A stretch of DNA of 64,000 nt from assembly GCA_008632985.1 (NCBI GenBank), contig QPGO01000044.1:186001-250000 (forward strand), given 5' to 3'. Position 1 is the stretch's first letter; each line of letters begins with the position of its first letter. The translations under genes were made by a program, and so were the position numbers. Positions 13,313-24,902 of the stretch are shown here, one piece after another. Source of the DNA: Psammoneis japonica. Its lineage: Eukaryota. The notes beneath the pieces were generated by a model, which was not told where the DNA came from, did no database searches, and worked only from the letters and a program-made list of their open reading frames with translations.

Positions 13313-13556
13313 AACGTAGCTCTATTCTGTTTATTCTTTCATGCACATTGCTCCCAGGACTGGCTTCAAAGTGTCGGGCAGTGAGAATTTCGTTGACATC
13401 GTGTCATCGAAACGGGCGGGACTCAACTCAAGACCCAAGAATCCGCCACCACAACGTGTCTCCATCGCGAATGAATCTTGTACGGCGACAATGTTGAACG
13501 ATGTACTGTACTGTGATATCGCCGTGTACTTCTAGTTTGGAAAAAGTGCTTAGAAG

Positions 13557-15857
13557 TTAGGCTGCATGCATGGCCTTGAAATTAAACTGTTCTCGAAAAC
13601 CAAAACCTTGTCCATCGTGTAGAAGCGTCTGGTCGGAAATCGTGTTCATGTCACCGATGTGGATCTGAAAGAAACCGTCGTCGGAGATACCTTCGCCATA
13701 TGCATCAGTAATGACGAATTCACATTCAGCCCCCTCTTGGACATTCACAGTGTCCATCACAATCTCATATTGTTCCGTATATGAGCCCGGGCTCATGCTC
13801 ACGAGTGAAATGCCGTCGCATTCAAGACTCCACCCAATGTCGATGGGGTTACTGTCCATTTTGATTACTACAGTGATTGGCACCAACGCAACTTCCGGTT
13901 TCAGAGAAAGTACGGCGGAGTTTCCCGTTGTAGGCAAAGGAGAATCAATGGGGGACAATGAGGGTGCGGCTGTTCCCAACTTGAAAAAGGACTCAGCCAC
14001 GTATCGAAAGCTATTCCCCTCGACTAGAATATTGGACTCATCTGAAGTGTCATGACCAAGGTACAAACGAAAGTACCCTTGTCCGAAGCTGCAGCACATG
14101 CCATCGCCGTAGGTGTCAGTCACTCTCAGTTTACAGTGAGCCTCTTCCTGGAGGTAAAAGGTGTGTGTTATCCGTTGGTACTGCTCAACGTAAGATGTAG
14201 CGGGAACATAACCTTGAACGGTACCATCGCACTCTAACAGCCATCCTGTTTCGGATGGAAACTTGTCAAGCTGCAAGTCCAACGTGACGGCAATAAGATC
14301 GGTTTCCGAGATAGTGGGTGAAGGAGAGACAGTAGGTGCTGCCTCCGGAGGAGCAACCACCACAAACGGCACAGTCTTCTTCTCCCCAAAGTTACCAGCA
14401 CCTCCAGCTATACGACTCGTTGAATCCATAATATCTTCACCTGCATAGAGTTCAAAATAACCCTCTTCAAGACCATCGCCTTTGCTGTCAAAAATGGTGA
14501 ATTCGCATTCATCCCCAACAAGGAGAAGCGCAGGAACTGTGATGAGGCGATTCGCCTGACCTTCATAGCTTCGAGGGGGCACGTTAAAGACGGTGCGAGT
14601 GCCACACTTCAAACTCCAGCGCGTTTCCCCAGGATTGCCATCTAGCCGAATCACGACTGTTATCGGAACAATAGCAGTTGGCGCCGGGGTTGGCTCTGGG
14701 GATCGGGTAGTGGTGGGCGAGGCTGTTGGAACCACTTCTCCATCCTCCCGTTGTTTTTCTGTGGGTTGCATACTTGGAGCTGAACTTGTCGTCACGGATG
14801 TAGATGATCCAATTACAAATGAAGCCATTACACTATCGCTGAACTCTCCCGTTCCTGATGCAAGTAGCTTACTGCTGTCGGAAATATCATTGCCGCGAAA
14901 CAATTCAAACGACCCGCCCACAATGCCGTTGCTTGCTGAATCCACGATTCTGAGGGTACACTCGGAACCAATCTGCACCTTTTTGGTGGTAACAAGAGCA
15001 CTATTTTTTCTGTCGTCACCATAGGTTCCAGGTGGGACCTCTTCTAGCGTCTCGAGGTCACAGGATAAACTCCATCCGGTTTCACTTGGGCTTTCATCGA
15101 GTTGAATTACAATGGTTACATCCGCCAAGCCCAGAGTTGTTGGTGACAGTGTGAGTGCTGGACTCTCGGGCGGACTAGGCACATTGGTTGTTGGTGGAGG
15201 AGGCGATGGTCTCATTGTTGTCGTGGGCCCGCCATTTGTTGTCAAGGCTAACACGATAGCCACGACAATACATGTAGCAAGTAAAAGAGAACTTGAAATG
15301 CACACTCTTGAATACCACGACCGGCGTCGCGGCCACATGAGAGTCGCTTCAACAAACGGCATATCTCCATTTATCTCTTCGTTTTCATTTCTTTGTGATA
15401 CAATAACCCCTTGGTCCTCTTCTACGAGAACGGCATTGATGAGAACATCGGTCCACAACTGATCATTGTAGGAGGGTGATCTTCGGATCGAAACTATTGT
15501 TGAATCCATGAGAGACTCATCACATGTTATCGCTCGAGATGAACCCGGACCTCGTACCGCCACAGCTCCTGGCTGCGTCTCTTCGGTTTCATGCCGTACC
15601 AATGGTGGAGGGGCAATCATGAGTCTTGTTGAGCTTGAGACCGACGGATCATCGGTGGCCTCGCTACCATTTCTGGCAAAATTGACAGACAAAAAAGATG
15701 AATTCTGGTTATCAAACTTGTCATCTGATATTATAGACAGTGCCACTGCCGAAACGATAGATGAAGACGTTTCTTCGTTTGAGGCAAAGCTGGTTGAATT
15801 GCCTTTTTGTGGCTGCTTTTCCTTTTCGTCCCCTTTGTTCTTGTTATCGTCGTCCAT
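13557..15857 (-). CDS. Single-pass (type II) membrane protein with four repeated extracellular beta-domains and Pro/Thr linkers
   Basis: 766-aa ORF; TM LLLATCIVVAIVLAL; four repeats of I..LD..P.E.GW.L.C...D..G.G...G.F; PGAVAV motif typical of diatom membrane proteins. Confidence 0.8.
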   Translation of the reverse strand: MDDDNKNKGDEKEKQPQKGNSTSFASNEETSSSIVSAVALSIISDDKFDNQNSSFLSVNFARNGSEATDDPSVSSSTRLMIAPPPLVRHETEETQPGAVAVRGPGSSRAITCDESLMDSTIVSIRRSPSYNDQLWTDVLINAVLVEEDQGVIVSQRNENEEINGDMPFVEATLMWPRRRSWYSRVCISSSLLLATCIVVAIVLALTTNGGPTTTMRPSPPPPTTNVPSPPESPALTLSPTTLGLADVTIVIQLDESPSETGWSLSCDLETLEEVPPGTYGDDRKNSALVTTKKVQIGSECTLRIVDSASNGIVGGSFELFRGNDISDSSKLLASGTGEFSDSVMASFVIGSSTSVTTSSAPSMQPTEKQREDGEVVPTASPTTTRSPEPTPAPTAIVPITVVIRLDGNPGETRWSLKCGTRTVFNVPPRSYEGQANRLITVPALLLVGDECEFTIFDSKGDGLEEGYFELYAGEDIMDSTSRIAGGAGNFGEKKTVPFVVVAPPEAAPTVSPSPTISETDLIAVTLDLQLDKFPSETGWLLECDGTVQGYVPATSYVEQYQRITHTFYLQEEAHCKLRVTDTYGDGMCCSFGQGYFRLYLGHDTSDESNILVEGNSFRYVAESFFKLGTAAPSLSPIDSPLPTTGNSAVLSLKPEVALVPITVVIKMDSNPIDIGWSLECDGISLVSMSPGSYTEQYEIVMDTVNVQEGAECEFVITDAYGEGISDDGFFQIHIGDMNTISDQTLLHDGQGFGFREQFNFKAMHAA

Positions 15858-16304
15858 TACAAGATAATTTGAAGGATTGACTCGTAAGCCAACGCGTTGG
15901 TGGCGGAAGGTTGTTTTACTTAGTACTTTTCACCTTTGGTGGAAACAATCTAGAGGAAAACTCACTCTCCCCTCTCCGTCATGGATGCGTTGAAAGTCAA
16001 AGCGGATGAGGGATGAGAAAAATGTTAGCGGAAAGCATTCTTCCGGGACTTGGGTGAAGGTCGAGTCGTGGTTGACGGCACCCTTGCAGGGACAAAACCG
16101 TGTACATACCACAATGCCGTAGGATCTACAGCAATCCCGTCTTATCTTACTGTATTTCGCGCTGAGTCTTGCGAACGACAACAGACGAGCTTATTTTTGA
16201 TGCGACAGCGCAGCAGTGTATGAGTAGAAGGTGCGTGCCGGGTCCTACATGCCCACGTGCGTGATGGGCGTCTCAGTCAAAGGTGGGTGAACTGTGTGCT
16301 GTAG

Positions 16305-17430
16305 AAAACATGCACTCTCAAGCAGAGGTTGGGTGGCCAGCCACTGCACAGGGCCAAACAGCCCCAGTGGTGCAGCCAGCTGTGTCGTCATTGCAGCATT
16401 TTTTGTTGCCATCACATGCACTGCATTTCCACACCTGTCTCAAAGCAAATGTTGTCACCACCCACAAATTGCTGACAGTGACAGCCAGTGAGAGCAACAA
16501 GAACTCAACAACACTGGCGCTGCACTTTCCAAAAATGACCCCTCCCCCAGTCAATTGAACGAAGAGCCCCCCCGGAGCTTGTTGTTGGGTTTCGATCAAC
16601 TTTGTCAACAGCTTTGCATTCAGCCAGATTTGGTCAATTTGTTGGTTCATTTGTCAAGCAAGGATCATCTTGTGGCATTGTTCATGTGTGGTGGTGTGGA
16701 CACGTGTCAAACAGGGTTGATCAAAATTCTGAAAACGGGTTCAAGTCAACGCGCACAACCATGTCTCACCACTCTTCCTTTGAGCAAAAGTCATCATGTG
16801 GAACGCCAATGGTTTTGGGAAAAAACTGCTCTTGATGCATCGGCGAAGCACAAATGTGCAGCAAAAGCACAAAAAAATGTTGACCCAAACCCTGTTTTTG
16901 TGATTTTTGAACCAGCGCACATGGCTTGTCTTCACACATTGTTTTGTTGAAGTTTCGCGGCTTGCCGACTGGCACACGTGCTCAGTCTTGCCAATCCTTG
17001 ATCTTGCCACATGGATTGCAAACACATCTCTGATGTCATTGCCACTGTTGTCATGACAGCCAGGTGCAGAAGCTGCAAAGGAGTGAGCATGAGACCTGCA
17101 ACTCGCTCATGAGTTGCGAAAATAAACTCGCCATGTCATCAGCAGTCTCGCCAGCGGCAATGCTGTCTGTCTGTCTGGCAAAAACTGCATCACACCCCAA
17201 TGATGTTCCAACAATTGTTCTCTTGGCAGTCAGCATGTGAGGGGTTGCAACCATGGTCCACTGCAGCGACCACTGTGCTGATCCACTGAGGCGGTGGCCG
17301 GGAAGAATCATCCCAAGGGATGATTCGTTGAGAGAGACGCATGCCGGTGGGACGGACGGACATCGATGAGCGAGCGAGCGCGCGCGGCGATCGACAGCGG
17401 GAGTTTTCAGTTTTGAGTGTTTTGCAAAAA
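16305..17430. mobile_element. Degenerate, unclassified repeat/TE-like block, TpA-depleted
   Basis: TpA essentially absent (one AATAAA at ~17121); only Tyr-free ORFs; no recognisable domain. Confidence 0.45.
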
Positions 17431-17446
17431 GAGTTGCTACCACGCA

Positions 17447-18457
17447 ATGAACAGCGATGAAGAACGGTTTCGACAGGAAGAGAAGGAGCGCGAACGGAAT
17501 CGCCGGCAGGTAGAGAATCGTGCTAGACAGTGGGCTGTCGCTGGGGATGACGATCAAGAAGATGATAGGAAAGGACGACGAAAAGATGAAAAGAAACATC
17601 GGCGTCACCGCCGCAGCCCGAGTGTGAGTTCGAGAAGCAGCGGCAGCGAGAACGACGTTCCCGAAAGCGACACAGACGCGATGAAAAGAAGAAGCACAGA
17701 AAAAAGAAGCGTCACAAAAAGAAACGACACTACAGCGACGAAAGTAGCTCAATGAGTGACAGTGATTCCTCCTCGTCAAGAGACCGAAAGAAAAAGCGCA
17801 AAAAGAAGAAACATAAAAAGTCAAAAGCTGACAAGAAAGAAAGTGTGGTGCCCGCTGGAGCTGGAAGTTTCGGAAAGTATGGCATCATCAAGCCTTCTGA
17901 TTTTCATAAACAGCAACGGTCCTTTGAGGTTTGGATGGGAGAAGTCAAGGTAGTTTGTTAGGAAATTATTGATGTTACGATCGTGAATTCACAAGCCGAT
18001 GTTTCTTACTTGGTGATACCGCGTGTAGGGCATTCCTGCTTTTACTGGACCAAAGTGGGAATTACAAAATTACTTTGCAGAGTATTGTGAGGACTTCAAC
18101 ACCGCCACCTTGCCTCACGAAAAGTACTACAATTATGACGATTGGGAAATGAAAGAATATCAGAAACGTCAGGCCGCCGAAAGGATTGAGGGAGGTGGAG
18201 CTGTTGCGGACGAGGCACGCCACAGGGCCATGCTCGAAAAGCAACGAAGGGAGAAGCAACAAGCGGAATTGAATGAGATCAAGGCACGTATGGGCAAGGA
18301 CAAGATTGAAGAAATGAAGCACCAGGCGCTTCTGAAGTCGACAATGGCTCATGCATATAAGACGGGCGACGAGGAAACGAGGCAGCGGCTACAGAAAAAG
18401 CTAGAACCAGAGGACGATCGCAATAAGAAGACTGCTGCCCACCCTTGGGCGAAATAG
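17447..18457 (+). CDS. Conserved eukaryotic protein of unknown function (K/R/S-rich N-terminus); intron 17950-18028; apparent 1-nt frameshift near 17650
   Basis: The spliced product reads FGKYGII..SD....RSFEVWMGEVK-GIPAF..KWELQNYFAEYCEDFNTATLPHEKYYNYDDWE, followed by a coiled coil. Confidence 0.7.
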
Positions 18458-18545
18458 GGTAGGGCCCTAAGAATTGTCGGTTCGTCTACAGATCACAATG
18501 TTCTTATCAATCTAGCCAGTTTTCAATTTTCAAAGAAGCTACAAG

Positions 18546-19310
18546 TTAGTCGCCATCATTCACCATCCTTACCACTGCTGGAACCACTTGGTTGTAATGC
18601 TCACCAAGGGCATAATAGTTCAAATGATATGAAACTCGAATGGGGTTTGTTTGATCATAATTTTCTCCTAACATGAGGGGCTCGGCAGCGGAAACCGAGT
18701 AAACCTGAATGGGTCGTTCCAAGGCGAGACTGAGCGCTCGCAATTCCAAATGCCCACCCCAATCGGATGAATTCCGCACACGATCTACATAAACATCAAA
18801 GTCTGGTATCTCATCCGTGTACTCACAAAAGTGCATAAAGTCTTCCGAGTGCTGCACCAGCGAATCAGCGCACTTGGCACGAATGTCGGAGAAGGACTCG
18901 CCCTCCACACACTGTGCCGCTACGGCTCGGTACAAGCAATTGCCATCACTAGGAATCTCCACAATTTCGAGCCCATCTTTGGAAAGGATTCGCTGCATTT
19001 GTTCCAATTCAATCTGCCGTGCACTCGGACCAGCCTCTCTGGTTTCTTTTTCAATCTGAGCCTCCTTCTCCAATTCAGCCTTTTTCGCCTTTTCTCGCTT
19101 TCGCCGAGCCTTGGCTTGTTTGCGCTCTCGAAGTTCAGCCTGCTTATCCTCTTCGGATGGGCCTTCAGTTTCGGGGGGTGGAGTTGTCGGAGTGTCTTGC
19201 GTCGCCTCTTCCTCGCCGTCACCAGAGCTGCCACTGAGTTCTTCCTTATGGTTTGCTTGTAATTCCTTCAACTTGTCATCGTATTCTTTTTCAGTTCTGT
19301 AATTCGACAT
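18546..19310 (-). CDS. OTU-domain deubiquitinase (OTUD6/Otu2-like)
   Basis: IPSDGNCLYRAVA Cys box, WGGHLELRALS, LGEHYN His box; N-terminal coiled coil. Confidence 0.92.
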   Translation of the reverse strand: MSNYRTEKEYDDKLKELQANHKEELSGSSGDGEEEATQDTPTTPPPETEGPSEEDKQAELRERKQAKARRKREKAKKAELEKEAQIEKETREAGPSARQIELEQMQRILSKDGLEIVEIPSDGNCLYRAVAAQCVEGESFSDIRAKCADSLVQHSEDFMHFCEYTDEIPDFDVYVDRVRNSSDWGGHLELRALSLALERPIQVYSVSAAEPLMLGENYDQTNPIRVSYHLNYYALGEHYNQVVPAVVRMVNDGD

Positions 19311-19880
19311 TCGATATGTGTCATCAAGAGGTATTCAAATGATAAGAACGTTATTTTTTTTACGAAACCCACTTACGCTTGCAAAAGCTCCTTTCCTTTC
19401 TTGCCCTTTGTGCCTTTGATCTTTTTCAACGCCGCACGTTTCTCGCCTTCCAGTGCCTTGATTTCTTTCTTTTGCCTCGACAAGACTTCTTCCGACATTT
19501 TCGATGCTTCTTGCGTTCACTTTGTTGATAATGTTAAGAAAGGAAACCGCAAAGGCTGGAGAAGTATGAGTTGAGTTCGTTTCGTGTTTCAAGGGGGTTT
19601 GGAGGTTAGGCGAACTGAGAAGAACGGGATGGAAGTGCGGCGCCGCGCGGTGAGCACGGTAAGTGCGCGCCAAAAATCGAATCGATTGATTCGACAAACA
19701 GGTACGCAAGTCGTGTCGTCACTTTTGAAAATATTAGCTCTCAAAAATGATAGTGCATCAGTTGTGCGTTGATACTAAAAAATCCGCTCACCCACCATCC
19801 GCCGCTGCTCACAAAATTTCTCTCCGCCCCTCACAAAATTTCACTCCCCGCAAGTTCACAACGCAAAAGGGCTGCCAAAA

Positions 19881-21074
19881 ATGGCAGATCGACGTTCCTT
19901 CTTCGTGGGCGGGTTCATCATTAGTGTAACCTGGATTTATCGGCTAGTGATAGCGTTCATCAACTATCGCATATGGAGCGACATGCATATGCTTGACGAG
20001 GCGCGTACTATCGCCATGCCCATGCCTCAGTCCCCCGTGGTTAGACCCACCAACAAAACCTTAGTTATACTCATGGGTAGTTTGAGATGTGGTGAAACCG
20101 CATGGAACAGTCTATATGAAAATCTTCTCGATGTAAATTCGGCCGATCTTGCGCTATTTACCCAAAAACCACCCAAGCAGCATCGGAAAGCGTCAATTTT
20201 GAAGCGGGCCAAGTATATATACGAGTACCCAAACTACAAAGATTGGGGTGATGCCTTGGATCTAATTAATGGTACCGGTTGGAGAGACCCCCTTTTCTCT
20301 GTGTATGAGCCAAGTAATATCGTTTTGGGAGGGGTGAGCAACATTAGCGGAAGTGGGGCCATTATTTTTTCATATCGATGGTTTGTTTCTCAACGTATTC
20401 AAGAACTTGGCTGGACAAAACAATATGATCGCTTTGTCATTTCACGAAATGATCACCTTTACCGGTGTCCTCACGACCTGTCAAAGCTTGATCCAAAATA
20501 CATGTGGGTTCCTGAAGGACAGGATTTCGACGGAATTGCGGATCGTCATTTGGTTGTGAATGCAAGCACTGTCTTGAAAGCATTGAATGTTATCCCACCT
20601 GTTCTGCAAAATCCGACTCGTTATAAAAAAGTCCTGGGAGACCGCCAGTATAATACTGAAAAGTTGCTGAAACTAAGATGGAAGCAAGAGGGGCTTTTGA
20701 GCTCTGTCAGAAGATTTCCTCGCATGATGTTTCTCTGTGGAACACCACAAGATGACGTAGGGTGGCGTAAACTCCAAAGACAGGTGAAGGAAGGAGTGTA
20801 TGTCAAATATGGCCAGGAGTTAGAGCTAAGTAGTGTGACTTGTAGAGATACTATGCAGAAGGCTCAAAAGAAGAAGGCGCAAGAGAAGATGAAGCCGAAA
20901 AAGAAAGCGAAGAAAAAGAAAACAAGAAGGATGAAGGAACAAGAGAAGATGAAACCTAAACTGAAGAGGAAACCGAAGAAACAGACAACAAGAAGGATGA
21001 AGGAACAAGAGAAGATGAAACCTAAACTGAAGAGGAAACCGAAGAAAAAGACAACAATGAAGCGCAAGACATAG
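19881..21074 (+). CDS. Type II membrane protein, possibly glycosyltransferase-like, with a Lys-rich tandemly repeated C-terminal tail
   Basis: 397-aa ORF with N-terminal TM; YDRFVISRND and WVPEGQDFDGIADRH motifs; 66-bp repeat at the 3' end. Confidence 0.65.
   Translation: MADRRSFFVGGFIISVTWIYRLVIAFINYRIWSDMHMLDEARTIAMPMPQSPVVRPTNKTLVILMGSLRCGETAWNSLYENLLDVNSADLALFTQKPPKQHRKASILKRAKYIYEYPNYKDWGDALDLINGTGWRDPLFSVYEPSNIVLGGVSNISGSGAIIFSYRWFVSQRIQELGWTKQYDRFVISRNDHLYRCPHDLSKLDPKYMWVPEGQDFDGIADRHLVVNASTVLKALNVIPPVLQNPTRYKKVLGDRQYNTEKLLKLRWKQEGLLSSVRRFPRMMFLCGTPQDDVGWRKLQRQVKEGVYVKYGQELELSSVTCRDTMQKAQKKKAQEKMKPKKKAKKKKTRRMKEQEKMKPKLKRKPKKQTTRRMKEQEKMKPKLKRKPKKKTTMKRKT
20880..21060 (+). repeat. Coding tandem repeat, 66-bp unit (about 2.7 copies)
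   Basis: CAAGAGAAGATGAAACCTAAACTGAAGAGGAAACCGAAGAAA at 20940 and 21006; diverged copy at 20880. Confidence 0.85.
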
Positions 21075-21557
21075 AAAAGTCCAACACTGGAGTTTAAACA
21101 TGTATAGAACCATATCAGGCCACGACTACACATGAAGGGCTACAAATGAGTGTTGCCACAGATGCCCCTGCATACCGTATGAATACCATAAGTCTCCATC
21201 ATCTTGCTTTCCCGCCTTGCCCCTGGCGCTTCGCGCGACTCTGCAGCTTGCGCGCATGCCGTTAGCATGACTTTGAGCCGCATCTTCTCTTCCGCCGCAC
21301 ATCATGATACATCAACAGCACTCTCGGCCGACTGTTCCAAGCTTCTGACTCGAGTGCATGCGTTCGATAGACATCATAGGACAGGACTGATTTCATAACT
21401 TAGCCTGAATTGCTCCACTTTCTTGAAATTTCTTTCCAGAGGTGGTTTTGAAATTGGCAGGCCAAGTCGCATAAAACTGCATCAATCGTCAATGCCACCA
21501 CGAAAAGCAGCATAATCTGCTAATTTACAGCCATTGTGACGGAGGGCAAACTTCACC

Positions 21558-23555
21558 ATGGTTGATTTTGGTTCCCCTCGTGGCTCCGCTACGATTTCTC
21601 CTGCCACGAGCGAAGGCAGCACTTCAAATCTACAACAAGTGGAGCGCAGTCCTTTCTTTGAACCCACAGATCCACGAAAGCTGCGACGAATGTCCACCCC
21701 GGGTGGAACGGTGCATCTGAAGAGGTTAAAAGACGAAGCCGAGCACAAATCCACCATTGTCGGGGCCAGCGCCAATCTCATTGTTTATATTGTCGGAGCT
21801 GGTTTGGTTGGGGTGCCTTTTGCTCTCCGAGAAGCTGGCCTTGTGGCGGGTGTCGTTATGGTTGTAATTTGTGCGGCAATTACGGAGAAATCGCTCCGTC
21901 TCCTTATTGAAACCGCCAAACACATTGACGCTCCTTCTTACGAGATTCTATACGAGGCGTCTTTCGGCTATCCGGGGTTTATAGCGATGAGTCTCTTTAT
22001 GTTCTCCTTGAGCTACGGATCCATGGTTTCCTATATGATGATTATGAAAGATACATTGTCGGATTTGATTGGCATCGATGAGAATGATCACAACTTGAGA
22101 AGGTCCATCTTGGCTGCAGCCACCTTGCTTATCTTGTTCCCGCTCAGTGTTCAACGAGACATGGCCGACTTGGCGAAAACTTCCAAGATCTCCGTTGTGT
22201 TTTACTGCATGATTGTCGCTTTTGTTCTGTTCAATAGTCCAGTTCGTGAGTCAATAAATGCAAATGGTGGTTGGAAACATACTCTCTCGGACAATATAAT
22301 ACGACCGCAATCATTCTTCACCGCCCTTGGTGTGTTGATTTTCGCCTACGTCTGTCAACATTCGGCCTTTATTCTTGCAGGATCCCTCGAGAAGCCGACG
22401 AAAGAAAGATGGTCTCGGGTTTCTGGCAGTGCCCTCTTCTTTTCAGGAATGATTTACGTTGTATGCGGCGTGATTGGGTATCTCGGATTTCTTGAAAAGA
22501 CGGAGGGTAACTTTCTCAACAACTTTGAAAGTCTTGGCGACCCGCTTCTCATCAAGCTGTGCAATGTGGTTAGAACCATGCTGTGTTTCTGCATGTTTTT
22601 CGTATACCCGATGGATGCTTTTGTGTCACGCCACGTTTGTATTGTCTTGCTGTTTGAGGGACGACGTGCGCATGAGGGTGACGACCATGCTGTTTTGGCG
22701 CGCAGAGATAGACGAATCATTCTGACCACTGTCATTATTGGCATTACCCTGTTGCCCGCGCTGCTCTTGCGAGACCTTGGTGTTGTCTTGGCCATTACGG
22801 GCTCTGTTGCCGGGTCTTTTCTAAGCTACATTGGGCCAGGCACAGCATACTTGGCGATACATGGTGAGGAATTTCTCAGAATAGTTGATCAAAAATGGAC
22901 ATGGCTGACGAGAAAGCCCGAGAATGATCTGGATGTGGACGTTGAAGTGACGTCGCACGGAAGTCCGCACAGTGGCATGATGTCTCCTCTTATTGATGTG
23001 CCTGAAGATCCACCGAGCTATCTTTCGATCCAGGAGTTGTTTGGGACAGTGTGTTGGTTTGGCCTACTTATGCCCCTGTGGATTCGTCTTGCAAATCACG
23101 GACAAAACAACCTGGAGAAGCACTTTGAAAGTGAGGCACTCAAGAGTCCCCACACCAGCCGTCTCGGCAAGGTAGTGCATCACAATATACCGAAAGCTCG
23201 TGTAAAAGCAGAGTTCAAGAAGCCAAGGAAAATGCTTTACCCTCCCAAGGGTTCTTCTGGGGATTTTTCACGGTTGAAAAGAACTTTCAGTGAGCCAGCG
23301 CTAGCCGGAAAAGTTGTTCCTCGAAATGCAGACGTGATGATCGGATACGGATCCATCTCATCGAGCGTAAGAGAGAAGCATGAATCAAAGCCTAGGCAAA
23401 GAAGTGGCATGGAAGACTCGGACGAAGTTGGAGAAGAAGACCCACAGGATTCTTGTCCTAATCTCTACGACTTTTTTGTTGCGATCGGCTATATTGTGTT
23501 TGGAATGATCGCCATGATAGTTGGCCTTGTTTCAATGTATTTAAACCGGCGCTGA
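21558..23555 (+). CDS. Amino-acid transporter, AAAP/SLC38 family
   Basis: 665-aa ORF; GASANLI..IVGAG..GVPFA..EAG and FAYVCQH motifs; about 11 TM segments. Confidence 0.92.
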   Translation: MVDFGSPRGSATISPATSEGSTSNLQQVERSPFFEPTDPRKLRRMSTPGGTVHLKRLKDEAEHKSTIVGASANLIVYIVGAGLVGVPFALREAGLVAGVVMVVICAAITEKSLRLLIETAKHIDAPSYEILYEASFGYPGFIAMSLFMFSLSYGSMVSYMMIMKDTLSDLIGIDENDHNLRRSILAAATLLILFPLSVQRDMADLAKTSKISVVFYCMIVAFVLFNSPVRESINANGGWKHTLSDNIIRPQSFFTALGVLIFAYVCQHSAFILAGSLEKPTKERWSRVSGSALFFSGMIYVVCGVIGYLGFLEKTEGNFLNNFESLGDPLLIKLCNVVRTMLCFCMFFVYPMDAFVSRHVCIVLLFEGRRAHEGDDHAVLARRDRRIILTTVIIGITLLPALLLRDLGVVLAITGSVAGSFLSYIGPGTAYLAIHGEEFLRIVDQKWTWLTRKPENDLDVDVEVTSHGSPHSGMMSPLIDVPEDPPSYLSIQELFGTVCWFGLLMPLWIRLANHGQNNLEKHFESEALKSPHTSRLGKVVHHNIPKARVKAEFKKPRKMLYPPKGSSGDFSRLKRTFSEPALAGKVVPRNADVMIGYGSISSSVREKHESKPRQRSGMEDSDEVGEEDPQDSCPNLYDFFVAIGYIVFGMIAMIVGLVSMYLNRR

Positions 23556-23862
23556 TTGACGCATGGCAGACCATGATTGCTGTGCACGGTCCTTATGAAT
23601 AATGCCGGTATGGCTTGGAGGTTAATGAAGAAAAGTCTGCAGATAGCATAGCGGAGCAGGCGATCCCTCGTACTGCCGTGATATTCCGCCATCGGTGGGT
23701 TTCACCATATTATTCTTTTCAGACTGAACCACCAGGTAGCACCATTGTGTAGGTGGAACAGAAAAGAAAATTTCGAGGAGATTATCGTTATGAATTAAAA
23801 TACGAGTACTAGGGATGGTATTGGGAAGAACATCATTCCATTTTGCCTGGACCACACGGTTA

Positions 23863-24902
23863 TTACTTCGACGTCCTTTTCAAATTGAACTGCCGACGCG
23901 CCTTCTTGACCTTTGACTGCTTCCTTTGCGGCTGTGTTTTCTCTGTGGCTTTCGCTTCCTGCTTTTTATGATCGGATTCAGCCTCCGCGATAGCCAATGA
24001 AGCTACGACTGATGCGGCATCAGAACCTGAGCTCGTCGAATTGTACGAAAACGCTGATTTATCATCTCTGCTTGGCACGTCTTGCATTTCTGCAGTCTTT
24101 TCTACTTCAACAGAAGCTAGAATCTTGTTGGCAGAATTCATGATGTTAAGACTTCTCTTGAGTTCCTTTATCCTTTCCTCCGCTTCGTCCGATGACTTTC
24201 GTTTCTCTAGCTTTCTTATGGTCTTTTTCGATTCAGCCAAATCTTGCTTGAGCTGTTTCACCTGATCAGCCAGCTGGCTCTCCGTTTCTGTCTTTTCTCG
24301 AGTCATCTTTACTTGAATTCTTTCCTCCGCCCTTTCAACAAAGTTCTTCATAATGACAGCACGTTTGTAGTTGGGTCCCTTAGTTGGGGCGCATTCAAGG
24401 GGTCGCAGTCCGTTTCCACCTTTCACATTGATAGCGTTGGGATATTTTTCGACAAAGAGATATACGATGTCCTCGGACGACCCATGGCGAAAAGCTAGAT
24501 GCAGCGGCAACATGGATTGGTCGTCTTTGCTTTTGAGAGCAGCTGGATAAAGTTGAACGAGGCGTTCCACCAACTGTAGGGTGCGCCAAAAATGATTGCT
24601 GCATGAAGTGGCAGCTGACTCCAACGAAGTTCGCCGTTCTCTTCATGCCGAGATACCCATGTCCTTGCCTGATCATAAGGTGAGTCACCCTGTTGGTATT
24701 CAAACCAGCTTTTTTCTTCCTTGAACCTAAGCAGCTTGACTGCCGCTCCCCATGCCTTCTCTTCAATCGCCTGATACAGAACGGTTGGATTATCATCGTA
24801 GTCGCATTCTAGAACTCTTCCTTCAGATGTATCTGTGGCTTCTGTGCTGCTCTCGTCGAACACAGATCCTGCCTCATCAATAGTACAGCATTCAAACATC
24901 AT
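23863..24902 (-). CDS. Ankyrin-like repeat plus coiled-coil protein (diatom-type family); apparent 1-nt frameshift near 24575
   Basis: ECDYDDNPTVLYQAIE, WSQLPLHAAIIF, MLPLHLAFRHG; adding one A gives GAPYKLVERLVQLYP; paralog at 32032. Confidence 0.75.

Noticed and set aside
16555..16950. Possible C5 DNA methyltransferase fragment (LFMCGG)
   Set aside because: Only a vague motif I resemblance; no PC or ENV motifs.
17305..17326. Perfect hairpin GAATCATCCC-AA-GGGATGATTC as a Helitron 3' end or terminator
   Set aside because: No CTRR end at the expected distance and no Rep/helicase evidence; a single occurrence.
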